64,000 bases of DNA, taken from Octopus vulgaris. Lineage: Eukaryota. Position numbers and translations under genes: made by a program. Location of the stretch: assembly GCA_951406725.2 (NCBI GenBank), contig OX597814.1, positions 142,724,001 to 142,788,000 of the forward strand, read 5' to 3'. Positions 39,780 to 54,678 of this stretch are shown here, one piece after another. Position 1 is the stretch's first letter; each line of letters begins with the position of its first letter. The notes under the pieces are model-generated. The model was not told the origin of the DNA and ran no database searches. It worked only from the letters and a program-made list of their open reading frames with translations.

Positions 39780-40910
39780 CCAAGAATGACACTAGTGCTA
39801 AGCTCTATCACCAGCCCAAGGTAGTAGACCTTCTCTCAGATAAACATCACTGATATGAAGAGGGGAGACTTGCATGCCAATAGCTGGTCTTCCTCAAAAA
39901 CAATTTATGCACAATCAACACTAACTGAAGGATGTTTCTGATATCTATAATATCTAGCTGCTTTCTCAACTAACTTTGTTGCAAACTGACACTTTTACAT
40001 AATCAACAGAACATACTGTTCTACCTCTCAATAAATTTTAACATATTCAATACCCAAGTTTCACATGCAGCATCATGCTCTGTACACATGCCTTTTATGG
40101 CATAAAAATAAAAGCCCTATGTTGCCAACAAAAGCAACAATTCCTTTAACCTCTCTTCCCTCTGGAAACTATGCTTTCTCTGTATACATGTCAGCACAAA
40201 ATATGTCACCTAGATAATTATTTGGGTGACATAAATTATGCTAGGGTAATGCTGATAAATCAAAACTATCAATGACATCTAGTGAGCCATGTGAACAATA
40301 CATGGACTTTATTTCTTAAGTGCTCCGTCTGGTGAATCTCAAATCTAGGATCTCATGCTGTCTGTCTGCCAGAGATATAATAGTACCTTTTGTTTATTCA
40401 CTGTTTGCACTAAGTACACAGTTTTGCGTTTCTAGCTGTTTCTCTTTATATATATATATATCAAATGTAGTCACTTTCTAGATGGTACTAGGATTTTGTG
40501 TATTTTGTTACTAATAGGAACTTTATACTCTAGAATATTCTTCCAGGTTTGGAACTGTTCTAGTAGTATTTTAACTTATTCTGTAATAGGGTTCATCTGT
40601 CTATAAAAGTTCCAAGGCATCACAGAGCTCACCACCTAAACTCACTTTGCTTACAACATCCTTCATACAAGGCTTCAATGATTCATGAGCCATTCATTTT
40701 TTTTCTTAGCTTTCTCAGCACCCACGACATAACAACATGTGGAACTCTGTCAAATAGCCTTGGCTTAGAATATCTGTTATATTTCTTGCAACAGTCAAGA
40801 AATTTGGCATCTATGGTTGCATGTGACAAACCTAAAACAACAATTTTATCTAAGATATTCTATGCTCACTTTGTTTGAATTCTCTCACCTACTTTTAAGA
40901 CTCAGCCCAT
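39780..40910 (-). mobile_element. Decayed RTE LINE reverse transcriptase fragment
   Basis: Minus-strand remnants TIDAKFL..LQE, FDRVPHVVMSWVLRKL, IIEALYEG..SKVSLG, KELLLLLAT, ACVQSMML..CETW and GRP, in the expected order. Confidence 0.7.
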
Positions 40911-41375
40911 CAGTTTTTTTTTAGCCTCTATAGTTACCCAGTTTCAGTGCATAGCTCCTGCTCTGATGTAGTAAAGCAAACAACTGTACACAAATTACAA
41001 CAAAAGTATAACTGAAAATGTCACAATGACCCAGTATGATATCATTATGAATAAAATATAGAAAATGAATGGGTAATTTAATTTCACTGTGTTAGTAAAT
41101 GTTTTCTACTCTGAAAATAGCCTTATTGCAAGTCCTACTTCATAAATATATTGAATAAAAACTGAAATAAGAGCATTGTAGGTTGCTTGAAGCATTGTGG
41201 TAATGAAGTAAAAAAACAAAATAGTGAAGACGGAGAGCTTCTTACAACACAGACAGGAAAAAGTTTAATAACTTTTACATATTTCATCAACTAAAGGTCT
41301 TTAACCAATACTGTTTAGGCAAACATTTCTTGGCTTTTACTTCTCCTGATGGGCTTTTGAGTCTGAAATACAATA

Positions 41376-41937
41376 TCATCATCATCATTTAATGTCTGTT
41401 GTCCATGTTGGCATGGGTTGGACGGTTTGACCGGGCTGTCATGCTGGAAGGTTGCACTAGGATCCAGTCTGATTTGGCATGGTTTTCTATGGCTGGATGC
41501 CCTTCCTAACACCAGCCTCCAAGAGTGTAATGGGTGCTTTTATGTGCCGCCAGCACAGGTGCCATTTACGTGACACCAGTATCTGCCATGACTGCAATTT
41601 TGCTCGGATTGATGGGTTTTCTCAAGGATGACATAATGCCAAAGGTCTTGGTCATTGGTTCCATGAGACCCAACACTCGAAAGGAGCTTGGACACTTTGC
41701 CTCTATGAAACCCAATGCTCGAAAGAAACTCAGACACCTCACCTCTGTGAGGCCTGTTTGAAAGGAACTCAGCCACCTTGATTCCGTGAGGCCTGCTTGA
41801 AAGGAACTCAGCCACCTCACCTCCATTAGGGCCAACATTCGAAAAGCTCAATGCTTGAAAGGAATTCAGTCACTTTGCCTCTGTCAAGCCCAATGCTTGA
41901 AAGGTACTCAACCACTTTGCTTCTGTGAGGCCCAACA
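41376..41937 (-). mobile_element. RTE-tailed SINE with expanded ~35-42 bp internal minisatellite
   Basis: (CAT)n and the tail, then about 7 degenerate gtgaggcccaatgctcgaaaggaactcagccactttgcctc units at 41663-41937. The copy at 5160-5210 has only about one unit. Confidence 0.75.
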
Positions 41938-44900
41938 GGGCATATTTAAAAACTACCCTGGTAAATTATATATAATCATTTGTATGTACAGAAGAATCCA
42001 GAAAAATATTGGTGATGATGGTCCAATAAAATCTGTTATAATAGTGATTTCAAATTACTGCATTCAGTATGGCTGTGTGGTTAAGAAGTTTACTTCTCAA
42101 CAATATGGTTTTGGGTTCAGTCCTACTGTGTGACACCTTGGGCAAGAGTTTTATACTAGACCCCTCAGCAGACCAAAGCCCTGTGAGTGGATTTGATAGA
42201 TGGAAACTGAAAGAACCCCACTGAATGTGTGTGTGTGTGTGCGTAACTGTGTCTAGACCTCGTGTGATGATTGTAAACAAACATTATTATCATACATGTG
42301 AGGTTGTTCATTTCCACTTGTCTGTGAAAAAAAGATATCTGGCTATGAGAAAGTATTATCTTGCTTGGAAACAGATGAGGAGTTTCTAACAGGAAGGGCT
42401 TCTAACCAGAGAAAATCTGTTTCAACAAATTCAGTCCAACCCATGCAGGCATAGAAAAGTGGACATTAAAATGATGATGATGATGGTTGTGCTGTTTTGA
42501 ATACTGAGTCCTGCTGTCACTCCACCCTCTCTCATCAATACCATTCATACCTCTATCACATTCATGATTCTCACTCTACAAAGAAGCTAGTGAGCAAGCA
42601 GATATATGAGGTTGCAGGGTTCCCTCAGAAGTAGTCATGTCTCTTGAGAATATGGCTACCTCTCAACAGCTGATACCATAATGAAATGCACCCAGTACAC
42701 TCTGTAGTGATTGGTGGTAGGAAGGGCAACCAGATTTAGAAACATAACCAAAAATGAATGTAGGTGAGATGAAGTCCCCTGTGTGTGTGGGTGCTCAGCT
42801 CTTCTATGTGAAGATGCATAGCTTAGTAGTTAGGATAGTTGGCACATGATCATAAGGCCATGAGTGCAATTCCCAGGGGCACATTGTATCCTTGAACAAG
42901 ACACTTATTTCCTGTTGCTCCAGTCCACTCAGCTGACAGAAATGAGTATATTACTTGTATTTCGAAGGGCCAGCCTTGTTACATTCTGTATCACATTGAA
43001 TCTCCCTGAGAAGTATGTTAAGTGTCTGTGTGTCTGTGGAGTGCTTAACCACTTGCTCTTTAATTTTATGACCTGATCAACTGAAACCCAAATGAGTGCC
43101 AGTTCATGTCTTCTTGTCTCAACATCACATGCTAATTGCAAACAAATACCTCAGTCATACAACCTGTGTCACTTGTTTGCTATCCTCTATGAAAACATAT
43201 CTAGCCACTGTGCTGTTTATGTTCAAAGACTAGGGGAAATATTACCTTGCTCAGAAACAGGCAAGGGTTGACAATAGGAAGTGCATTCAACCACAGAAAA
43301 CCTAGAACAAAATTTACCAGACTCATGCAAGAAATGGAGAAAATGGATGTTAAGAAAGTGATGATGATAATCAATCATTGCATCACAGAAATATTTATAG
43401 ATTTATAGATATAAGAAATGGTCACAAGTTGCTAGTCAACACAAGTAATGTCTGAGTACCTCTATATGGTCACTTGATCTGCTAAAAATAGCCGTTTCAT
43501 TTTCCTCAAATTTCACTCTACTGTTGTAAAACTGAGACATGGTGGCCACAGTTGGAATGCTTTTGATTATACATATGTTGGAACATGACTGATAGGGAGC
43601 TGAACAACAACAACAACAAATCCTGAAAACACAAGATATGTGAAGGATGATGTCAGCTCAACCAGGAATACATATATTTTTGTTAGCCACGAGTGTATGC
43701 ATGTCTGCATATGTATGATTGCATGACCATGCATTTAGTAATGTATACGCACACACATTTATGCAAACATACATTAATATTTACATAAATTTATATCCAC
43801 AAGCGATACATAATACATTAGATAAGTTTCAGTTAATAGTAGTGTAAGTTGCATCTGTTCTAAAAGCCCGACCATGCTAATAAGCATTAAATATTAATTT
43901 GGAACTATTCTAGACTATTGTTCTACCAGTATGGCATTTATAGTTATTTGGGTGTGGCCGTATTGTACAAAGGAATGTGTTCAAATCGGTGCAATCTGGG
44001 TACGGTCCATATCAGTATAGTTTGCATATACCCAGAAAGCATAATACAAGCAAAAGCAAGAGGGAATAAAAAATTAAAAAAACAACAAGTGGTAGTTCAA
44101 AGTCAATGCATTATCCTGTGATGTAGAGGAAGAGATATTGATGTTTAGAGCATTTGTCCTTCGTTAAAAGAGATGGAAGGAGAAGAGAAGAAAAAATAGA
44201 GAATGAAAAGCAGAAACAAAAAAAAAAGAAAATTATGAATATAGTTATGAAAGAAGTGTGGCAACTTATGGTGACTAGGAAACAGAGATAGGGTTATACT
44301 TCCTTGAAAGCACATTCTACTGTTTCAGAAAAGCCTGGACATAAGATAATATTGTCCTATGTTTTAAAAAAACAGGAGTACGATTGGAGCATTTCTGGAC
44401 TTACGTTTGCTCAGACAGTGCAGACTTGGGCTTAAACAATGGCTAGACTATTTGACATACAACATGCTGACTAAAGCTTAAATACTCATTTGTTAATGTA
44501 TCAAACAGAGAAACTGCTTATTCTATTTTAACCAATAAAAATATGCACACAATTTATGTAATGATGAGACATATATCATCATCATCATCATCATTTAATG
44601 TCTGCTTTCCAAGCTGGCATGGGTTGAATGGTTTGACAGGAGCTGGCAAGTTTGAAGGCTGCAACAGGCTCCAACCGTCTGCTTTTGGCAAGGTTTCTGT
44701 GGCTGAATGCCCTTCCTAATGCCAACCACTTTACAGAATATACTGGGTGCTCTTTATCTGGCACCAGCACAGTTGCTGTGGCATATAACAATGAAACCAC
44801 TACACAGTCACTTCTAGAAATAGCAGCCTAACCATCCTTAATATAATATTTTTAAACAGAACACATTGGATGCTGCAATTCTAGATAAACTGTCCGAAAA

Positions 44901-45429
44901 AGAAAAAAAAAGACCAGATGCAAGGCTTGAGTGTCTTTGATCACAGGTCTGCTCAATCAGAGCTGACCTGGGGTTAAACAACAACCTAAAGACATTTAAT
45001 TATTTGGTTTAATAGCAGCACCAACCAGTACAACATATTAAAATATCATTTAAGTTTCTTTTAATTCCTCTAGTAATTCATGGAAAGAACAATCTCTTGC
45101 AGAATTATTTTTGAACATGTTCAGGTCAAGAACAAGGTTGCAGGAAATTCTGTTAAGAATCACTTCACTGTTCCTGTTTTTCTTTGTAGTAATGTTCTCC
45201 TTGTTATATGCGTCCAGTGCAGAACTGAACAGTTTTGGTTGGCTGAGTAACTCCAGTTAGTTTCAATCAAATATTTCTGAAGTATAGTGACAGCTGATGA
45301 GTGAGACCAACAGCTATAAATATATTGTGGAATAAGCATTTACAATGCTGTTCAACCGGCTATAGATAGCAGTCAAATGTCCTTCAAATTAACACTATCA
45401 ATTTAAAAAGAGAAAGACCTATTATATAT

Positions 45430-45657
45430 TATTTCTTTACTGCCCACAAGGGGCTAAACATAGAGGGGACAAACAAGGACAAAGGGATTAAGTCGATTAG
45501 ATCAACCCCAGTGCATAACTTGTACTTAATTTACCGACCCCGAAATGATGAAAGGCAAAGTTGACCTCGGCGGAATTTGAACTCAGAACGTAAAGCCAGT
45601 CGAAATACTGCTAAGCATTTCGCCCGGCATACTAATGTTTCTGCCAGCTCGCCACCT
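45430..45657 (-). mobile_element. Meta-type SINE
   Basis: Near full-length copy flanked by acctattatatat direct repeats (45417 and 45663). Confidence 0.8.
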
Positions 45658-46005
45658 TGAAAACCTATTATATATAGTCACAGATACATAATGCCTAAAA
45701 AAAAGGTCATAGTTTCAATGTACTTGATCTTAGGGTTATCAAAGCTGATTTGGGGTTAAACAGCAACATTAATGTTCTTAGTTGTTCAATGAATTGACCA
45801 ATTAGCTGAGCAAGATTTCATATTACACTCTCAGGAGATATTTTACTAACTCTAAACTGATAGGCCAGGCTGTATATGAAATTGTTAAAGGTGCAGTAAA
45901 AAAAATATAAAACAATATATTATGAAATCTTTGTAGAACACTAATAAATCACCAATCCTCATTTTGTTAAGCAGAAATAAATGTAATTGAACACCTATTC
46001 TTTAA

Positions 46006-46210
46006 CCCCTTAGTATCTGGCCAAAATATTCTACTTGTTTTATGTTCAAACTGGCCAGATCTGGCCTCTCACACCATCCCTACAATATCATTCTAAAAAT
46101 TAGCATTTACCCCATTAAAATCTCAAAGCTATGAGATAATGGATGATTAATTCAAAACAATGTGAATAAATACGCAATACATTTGACAGAGTAATCTGTA
46201 TGCTAATGGG
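46006..46210. mobile_element. piggyBac-type MITE
   Basis: TTAA|ccccttag...gctaatggg|TTAA. Confidence 0.75.
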
Positions 46211-46998
46211 TTAAACTACGTAGTTTTGATATCTTTTAAATGGGTACTGTTTCAGAAACACAATATTTATGGTTAGAAAATTTAAAAATTTTAAGACAGA
46301 ACCAATATAAAACAGAAAATGTAAACAGTTTCTGTCTTAAATCTAAATACGACAATCCCAGCTGTCAGGTCAAGTGATTTTATCCAGAAGACAAAACCAA
46401 GGTCTTGAAATGTTGATAGCGAAATGAATCTTAGAAGATTGTTATTCCAAACAAGCCATAAATCACAAAATCCTAAAGAAAAACATTAATAAAAGAAAAT
46501 CTGTTAACAGTCATGTTTTTACTTACGCAAACATGTGCGCAACACAAATGCACACACAATGAAGATTCTAATAACCACATTGTCTTTATGATATTGTTTT
46601 TACAAACCAGAGAAGAAACCTCAATGCAGATGTTCAACATGCTAGAAATAGCAACTAGATCACCCTAATGTCCCATCCTACCGCCTTAAAAGATAAGGCA
46701 CACTGGATAATGCAGTTATAGATATACTGTGTATGGAATGACAAGTCTACTCAATCAGGGCTGACCTGGAGTTAAACAATAACAATCTTGTAGTTTATGT
46801 AGTTTATTAAAAGTAGGCAATACCTTTCCAAGTTCCACTTAAATATAACCCTTTCTACTCTAGGCACATGGCCTGAAATTTTGAGGGAGGGGGGGGCAGT
46901 CAATTAGACTGACCCCAGCATGTAACTGGTACTTAATTTATCGAAAGGATGAAAGGCAAAGTCGACCTCGGCAGAATTTGAACTCAGAACATAAAGAC

Positions 46999-47135
46999 AG
47001 GTTGTCCCAAAAGTTCGTAAACACTTGTGAAAATTGAATTTTTACTCGCCAAGTACTAACAAAAACAACAAAATGTATTCCTCAAAATAAAGACCATTAT
47101 TTTCCAAGACTTTCTACGAACTTTTGGGACAACCT
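46999..47135. mobile_element. 137-bp Tc1/mariner-type MITE nested in a Meta-type SINE (~46850-47190)
   Basis: Perfect 21-bp TIRs aggttgtcccaaaagttcgta / tacgaacttttgggacaacct, with TA on the right flank. Confidence 0.85.
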
Positions 47136-47937
47136 TATACCACTAAGCATTTCACCCAGCATACTAACAATTCTGCCAATTCGCCACCTTTCCACTTAAA
47201 TATAACACCAAACTATGAATATTAATCCAATGTATATAGTACTTTATATAGTGTATATAGTACTCTACTGCAAATATTTATAGAACTGAATGGTTTAAAC
47301 TAGTGAGTTTAAAAAGCCTCGGGTACAGACACAATTTTCTACTTTCAGAGTGTTTAATCTCAAAAATTTTCAAGTACATACTGTTAAATCAAGCCCTGCC
47401 CCAATATCTGCAGTTTGAAAAATAATATGTCTACTATATGTATTTAGTATTGACAAGGATGTTAGAACTGAGTTAATACCAGGCAGATACAAGCATAAAT
47501 GTGATCATTGCAAGTACTAATAACTATAATGGAATATCTCTGTTAAGCTCTCTGGGTCAAGTATATGCACCAGTAGACTCACTGTTTCTGGCCTCAAACC
47601 ATTGCAGATGGGATTTTGGAAGGAAGTCAATGTGGAGTCTGCTACTAGTAGGTTACAGTTAATAAGGTTTTTCTCTGTTGCCAACAGTGTGAGAAATGTG
47701 CTGTATATAGTGACAGGAACCGTTTGACTTTGTCAGTTTATATTAGCCTGGCTGAGTGGTTGAGAAGTTAACTGGACATGAAATAAACTTTCTCTTTTAC
47801 TGGTTTTTATTATTTTATATTTTTTTTGTGGGATGTTTGGTGGGGCAGGGATTATATTTTGCAGAACATGGTTAATTGTTCAAAAGTATCTTAGATGAGG
47901 GAGCTGTTATTTGCCACATATAAACATAGTTGATTAA

Positions 47938-48157
47938 CCCTTTAGCTTTTAAACCAGACATATCCAGCCGAAATAATCTACCTATTTTATCTTCAAACCA
48001 GCCAGATCTAGCCTCTCACACTTACCATACAACATCATTCTAAAAATAAACAATCACGTCATTGAAATCTCAAACCTACAAGGTAAGGCATGACTAATTC
48101 AAATCAATGCAAATAAATAAGCATTACATTTGGCAGAGAAATCTGAATGCTAAAGGG
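47938..48157. mobile_element. piggyBac-type MITE, 220 bp, most complete copy
   Basis: TTAA|ccctttagc...gctaaaggg|TTAA. Six family members in the window, including a decayed one at ~53805-54022. Confidence 0.85.
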
Positions 48158-49614
48158 TTAAGGTTCTACTATAAAATGTGTCCTCAAGCATAACATTCTC
48201 CATTTTGATGTACATGATGACATGAAATGAGGCAAGAAAGAAATGACCAAAACAACAGTCTGAAGATGCTATAAAAAGAATTAGGTGAGAGATGAAATAC
48301 AGGAAGCCAAGCCAATCATCTGTAAACATGATGACAAAGATTTCTAAACACTGTATATTAGATAACCATTTATCTTTATTTCTTCAACAATGCCAACTTC
48401 AACCAAGGCCTCCACTAACCATCAGATGTGACCTTAGTGGACAATAGTTCCATGCAAAAAAAAAATCCATCTTGCCAGCCATGAAAAGGCACCAACATAT
48501 ATAAGAAAGCATAAATTCAGAAACAAGGAGCTGATAATATTTGATATGATGAAGGTGGATTAAAGATTGTGAGCTACTTAAAATAACGTAATGTGATGTG
48601 TTGTGACGTGGAAGATTTGGGACTGGGCCCACAGATGCCTGTCCTCACAAAATAGTCAAAAACACAAACATAAAACAACAAGTGCAGACAAGCCTAAATG
48701 GTTAAGAACTTTGATTTGCAATCGATGTACACCCAAGTTTAATCCTACTGCATGGCACCTACTTCAACAATCTTGAGTTGACCATTGTCTTTTGAGTAGA
48801 ATTTGTAAATGGCATCTGTATGGAAATCATTTACATAAGTATGTGTGAGGAAAAAGAGCAAGACAGAAAGAGGTTTGAGCACATCTTTATATCAACAGAG
48901 GCGCGTGTGTGTCTGAGAAGACAAAGCTGTTTTTTTTTTTATTTGATTTGCTTGGCAGCTACTGAATTTCATGTCCAATCTCCATGCATAACATCATGGG
49001 TTTCTTCTACTACATCATTGACTCACCAATGCTTTGTGGATTAATTTGGTAGAAGGAAACTGTGCAGAAGCTTATCATGTACACACACAAGAATGTAAAT
49101 GTAAGCGCATGTGTATAAGTAAAACAGTGATATGATGTTTACATTCCTTGTTTGATATTACAACCAATTGCTCTGTACTTTCAAATGTCCACAAAATAAA
49201 GAAAATTAAAAAAACTCCTTGACTCACAAAACATGCAAGGGTTGGTGACAGAGAGTGCATCCAGCCATAAAATCCTACCTCAAATAAGTACCATCTCAAC
49301 CCAAGCTAGCAGAGAAAATGGAAGTTAAATGAACGAACACACCCACCCGCAAGTCTACAGAGAAAAAGAGCATTTAATTACTTGACAAAATAGAAATATT
49401 AATACCTCATTGCTTTTGCGTTATGAATTAATAATATGCGCATACAGTTTTTGTCATCAAGTATTTATGAATGTCTATATACATATACACATGCATACAC
49501 ACGCAGAGGCGCACACACACACAGAGGCATGCACACATGCGTGCACAGGTGCACACACACACACACATATGGCATTATTTTATAAAATTGCAGATAATTG
49601 TTGTATAATAAATG

Positions 49615-49830
49615 AATGTGTTTGAATTGTTGAAATATTTTCATGAATCTGATTCTATTCTTTCTGTGCGCCGTGAATGGAAGAAAGCTTTTAATACCAT
49701 TACCAGTTCCACCATTTAAACAAACCAAAAGAAAATTCTAACAAACATTGCAAAAACATTCACAACAGGAAATGCATTGGATGATGTCACCAAAACATGG
49801 TAAACATGTTTCCATCTCAGGTGAGGTTAA
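49615..49830 (+). mobile_element. Possible decayed Tc1/mariner transposase N-terminal HTH fragment
   Basis: LLKYFHESDSILSVRREWKKAF then, frameshifted, KTFTTGNALD, resembling the KF..TGSV.D motif. Confidence 0.35.
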
Positions 49831-50868
49831 TCAATAACTTTTACTTTGATGGTCCACTGAGATATGTCATCACTACTACCACTTTCCACCGCCAACCTCT
49901 CTTCTAAAAGGTGAGTAATCAAGTTGCTTCTCTACAACAAGAAACCTTTTCTCTTCTAGCCCTTTTCTTTCATACCTTACCCTTCTTTCTTTTTCATTCT
50001 CCTCATCTTGGGGGTCATACTCTTCCAAGCCATATGGCAACCTCATTAGTGCTGGTGCCACAAAAACAGCACCCAGTACATGCTGTAACATGGTTGGTAT
50101 TTGGCATGGTTTCTATGGCTGAATGCCCTTCCTAAGCAGACACTGGAGCACAATGCAACCCTTGGACCCATCAGATCTTGTCAAACGATCCAACTCATAC
50201 TGATATGGACTTCAAATGATGATAATATTGTTTCTCAAATATCTTTGGAATTGGTTATAAAGCATTAACCAATTTGAAGTGTTATCAAATCATCTTTAAA
50301 AATTTGACAGAATATTCCAAAACTTGTACAATAGGTACAGGTATAGGTGTGTGGTTAAAAGTCTGCTTTACAGCCATGTCATTCTGGTTTCAATCCCAAT
50401 GGAATGCACCTTTAGGTACAAGTCTTCTACTAGAGCCCTGCGCTGACTATAGTTTCATAAATGAATTTGGTAGGTAGAAACTGTGAGGAAGCATATATAT
50501 ATGTTAAGAACATAATAAATGCACAGAGAAATGGGAAATGGACATAGGTCACCACCTCCTCATCAGTAATTGGTTAGAGGGTCAAACGCAATTTCATGCC
50601 TTACTGATAATATTGCATCCCCATCTGGTGGAGCCAGGAATTAGTGAGCCAAAAAACATATGCATATACAGTCCCATAGCAACCTGACTAATACTGGTGC
50701 TTGAAAAAAAGCATCTAGTACATGTGGTTGGCATTAGGAAGGACATTCAGCTGTAGAACTTATGCAGAAGCAGATAAACGGAGTGCAATGACATGTCAAA
50801 CCATCCAACATATGCGAGTATGGAACAATGGAACATAGACATTAAATGAATATATATATGTTATCTAA

Positions 50869-51273
50869 CCCTTTAGCATTTAAACCAGCTATATCCGGGT
50901 CAAATACTTTGCCTGGTTTATGTTCATACTGGCCAGATCTGGCCTCTCACACCTGCCTTACAATGTTATTCTAAAAATAAATCTTGTAAAAAGCACCCAC
51001 TACACTCACGGAGTGGTTGGCGTTAGGAAGGGCATCCAGCTGTAGAAACACTGCCAGATCAGACTGGAGCCTGGTGCAGCCCTGGCTTCCCAGACCCCGG
51101 TCGAACCGTCCAACCCGTGCTAGCGCGGAAAACGGACGTTAAACGATGATGATGATGATGATGAAACAATCACATCATAAAATATTGAAGCAAGGAGATA
51201 ATTCAAGGATTAATTCAAACCAGTGTGAATAAATAAGCATTATACTTGACAGAGTAACCTGCATGCTAAAGAG
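50869..51273. mobile_element. piggyBac-type MITE interrupted by a young RTE-tailed SINE (~50985-51163)
   Basis: The MITE is split at ctaaaaataa / aaacaatcacatc. The insert has intact CpGs and a (GAT)n tail. Confidence 0.8.
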
Positions 51274-51654
51274 TTGATGTATGTGTGCATGGTAAGTAGT
51301 TTGTTTCACAACCACATGTTTTCAGGTTTAGTCCCACTGCATGGCACCTTGGGCAAGTGTCTTCTACTGTAGCCCTAAGAGGCCAAAGTCTGCTAGGTAG
51401 ATTAGGTAGACAGAAACCAAAAGAAACCTGCCACGTGTTTGTGTTCCCTACCACTGCTTGACAACCACTGTTGGTTTGTTTACATCACCATGATTTAGTA
51501 GTTTGGCAAAAGAAGACCAATAGAATAAGTACCAGACTTAATAATATAACATAAGTGCTGGGGTCAGTTTGTTTGACTAAAACCCTTCAAGATGGTGCCC
51601 CAGCATGGTCACAGTCCAATGACTGAAACAAGTAAAAGAAATATATCATTTAAT

Positions 51655-51717
<63 letters not shown>

Positions 51718-51954
51718 CAATATATATGTGAGTGCATTTGGTAGACGGAAACTGAAAGAAGCCCGTCGTATATATATGTGTGTGTGTGTGTGTTTGTGTT
51801 TATGTCCCCCGACTTAGCAGTTCGGCAAAAGCGACCGATGGAATAAGTGCTAGGCTTACAAAGAAAAAGTCCTGGGGTTGATTTGCTCGACTAAAGGCAG
51901 TGCTCCAGCATCGCCGCAATCAAATGACTATAACAAGCAAAAAGAGTAAAATGA

Positions 51955-52001
<47 letters not shown>

Positions 52002-54514
52002 TTATGTCATGCTTGAGAAGAAGAGCCATCAAACCGAGGAAAATCGTAGTCGTGGCAGATACCAGTGTCAAGCAAATGGCACCCGTGCCAGTGGTACATA
52101 AAAGCACCCCAGTGTTGTGCCAGTGGCACATAAAAGAACCCATTACATTCTCAAAGTGGTTGGCATTAGGAAGGGCATCCAGCCATAGAAAACCATGTCA
52201 AATCAGACTGGAGTCTGGTGCAGCCTTCCAGCGTGCCAGTCTGCTCAAATCATCCAACCCATGCCAGCACGAACAACAGATGTTAAATGATGATGACGAT
52301 ATATATCAGTGATATGCAAAGTATATTACAAACAGTTTTAAGAAAATTTAATTGGTGTCCAGCTTTTTAAATTTGGTCCAACACCTTGCTGAAGAAAAAA
52401 AGAATTATGTGGATGCAAAATCTCTTTTTCTATTTCCTTAATGAAAGAGTGGGAGTATGATGCAACATAAAAAAAAAAATCCATATTTTAGGAGTGCTTG
52501 ATGTTAGTCAGCTTGAGAAGACTTGTCAGATCATATTATATGTCATCGTATATCAGAAGGTCAGATTGAAATATAAAATCTTCAAGCTGGATAGATGACG
52601 CAATAGAGTTTAACAAAGCAATTGAAAATTCATTGATTATTCCAACCAAACAGGCATCTCCTTTGGGTGTTACAATCATGATGATGATAATCATCATTTA
52701 ATGTCTGGCTTCCATGCTGGCATGGGTTGGACAGCTATCATTATCATCATCATGCTGGTATGAGTTGGATAGTTTGGCAGGATCTGACAAACCACAGAGT
52801 GGCACTCAGCTTCAGTGTTAGCTTTGACAAAGTTTCTATGGTCGTATGCTCTTCCTAATGCCAACCACTTTACTATGTGTATTGAGCACCTTTTTTTTTT
52901 TTTTTTATAAAACCAATATTACTGAAGTTGCCCAGTATCTTTGCGAGACAGAAAAAGAACAAGGAAAAAGGAAGGAAGACCAAGACTAAGTGAGGGAAGG
53001 ATTTGAGATAGGGAGGTAGTTTTTATCCCAGGTACCTTGCTATAAAGAATATACATGGTTACCCAACAATATATTAAGTGGGGATGGAAGTAGCAGGGAA
53101 GAAAATTAAGATGATAGTAATAAAAATCAAATGGAAATTGTAGTTAAGATACCCGTGCCGGTGACACGTAGGGAGCACCGTCAGAACGTGGCAGATGCCA
53201 GCACCGCCTGACTGGCGTCCGTGTCAGTAACACGTAAAAGCACCAACCAATCGTGGCTGTTTGCCAGCCTCCTCTGGCCCCTGTGCCAGTGACATGTAAA
53301 AAACATCCACCACACTCACAGAGTGATTGGCGTTAGGAAGGGCATCCAGCTGTAGAAACACTGCCAGTTCAGATTGGAGCCTGGTGCAACCTCCTGGCTT
53401 CCCAGACCTGGTCGAACCGTCCAACTCATGCTAGCATGGAAAATGGACGTTAAATGATGATGATGGGGTGCCTGAAGCCTGACTGGATGTTTCTTTCTTA
53501 ATGATTACAAATTAATAGAGAGCACTACTAAGATAAACTGCAATTTTTCTCTCGGACTGAAGGAAGAATCAATAACTATCAAATTCATAACCTCAGCAAA
53601 ATAAGATTTTTCCACATTACTCTATGGTATTCAATAGATGTCAGGAATTGGTTTGATCAAAATAGGAGTAGAAAATGGATTAATAATTGGTGAGAGGAAC
53701 TGGGGCATGCTGTTAAAATTACTAGCAAGATTTCCAGCTCTTATTGTTCCAGACTGAAACATGAATACACAATAGACATTCACTGAGGCGTACATAATAT
53801 ATAACTGTTTAGCATTCAGATTATTTTTTCAAATGTAATGCTTAAATAAATTCACATTTTTTAACTGAATCATTCCTTATTTCATAGCTTCAAGTTGCCG
53901 ACAATATGATTGTTTATGTTTAGAATGGCATTTTAGGGTAAGTGTGAGAGATCAGATCTAACCAGTTTGAACATAAAACAGCTAGGATATTTTGGCCTGT
54001 TATGGCCAACTTGAATGCTAAAAAGATATGCACACACATAGTACAGCATAGGCATGGCAGTGTGGTTAAGAAGTTTGGGTTCAATCCCACTGCCAGGACA
54101 CCTTGGGCAAAATGTCTTCTGTTATAGCCCCAGGCCAACTAAAGCCCTGTGAGTGGACTTGGCAAACAGAAACTGGGAGAAGCCTATCATGCATGTGTAT
54201 GCATTGTTTCCATGTCTTGGTGTTATGTGACTGTTGAAAATGAATGTCATTCATTTCCAATATTCTGCCTTTGGAAATATCCCCTTGCTTGGAAACAGGT
54301 AAGAGTTGGTGACAGGAACGGTATCCAGCCATAGAAAACTTGCTTAAATAAACTCTGTCCAACCCAGGCAAGCATAGAAAAGGGAGCATTAAAGCAATGA
54401 TGGTTATACATATACAGAAACACATCATATGCATTGACACATCACACACACACACACACACACACACACAGATAGACATACCCACATTTAATTTTAAGGA
54501 AATACTCATGTAAT

Positions 54515-54678
54515 CACTAGCATAGTTGGGTGGTGGGGGGCACGGTAGGGGCAGCACTTGTAAAGGGACAGTACTTTGGGGTCTGCTGTAGGCAATGTGT
54601 GGTTTTTTTCGTGGGGTTCGGGGTGGGGCAGCAATTGGAAGGGCCGCCCAGACAGCACACACCCTAGTTATGCTAGTG
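54515..54678. mobile_element. GC-rich hAT-type MITE
   Basis: TIRs cactagcata / tatgctagtg, extending imperfectly, and an 8-bp TSD catgtaat / catgtcat. Confidence 0.75.

Noticed and set aside
45050-45320. Stop-free minus-strand stretches as exons (similar cases at 47580-47790, 52490-52560 and 53620-53755)
   Set aside because: No recognisable homology, incomplete splice-signal pairs, and no consistent phase chain.
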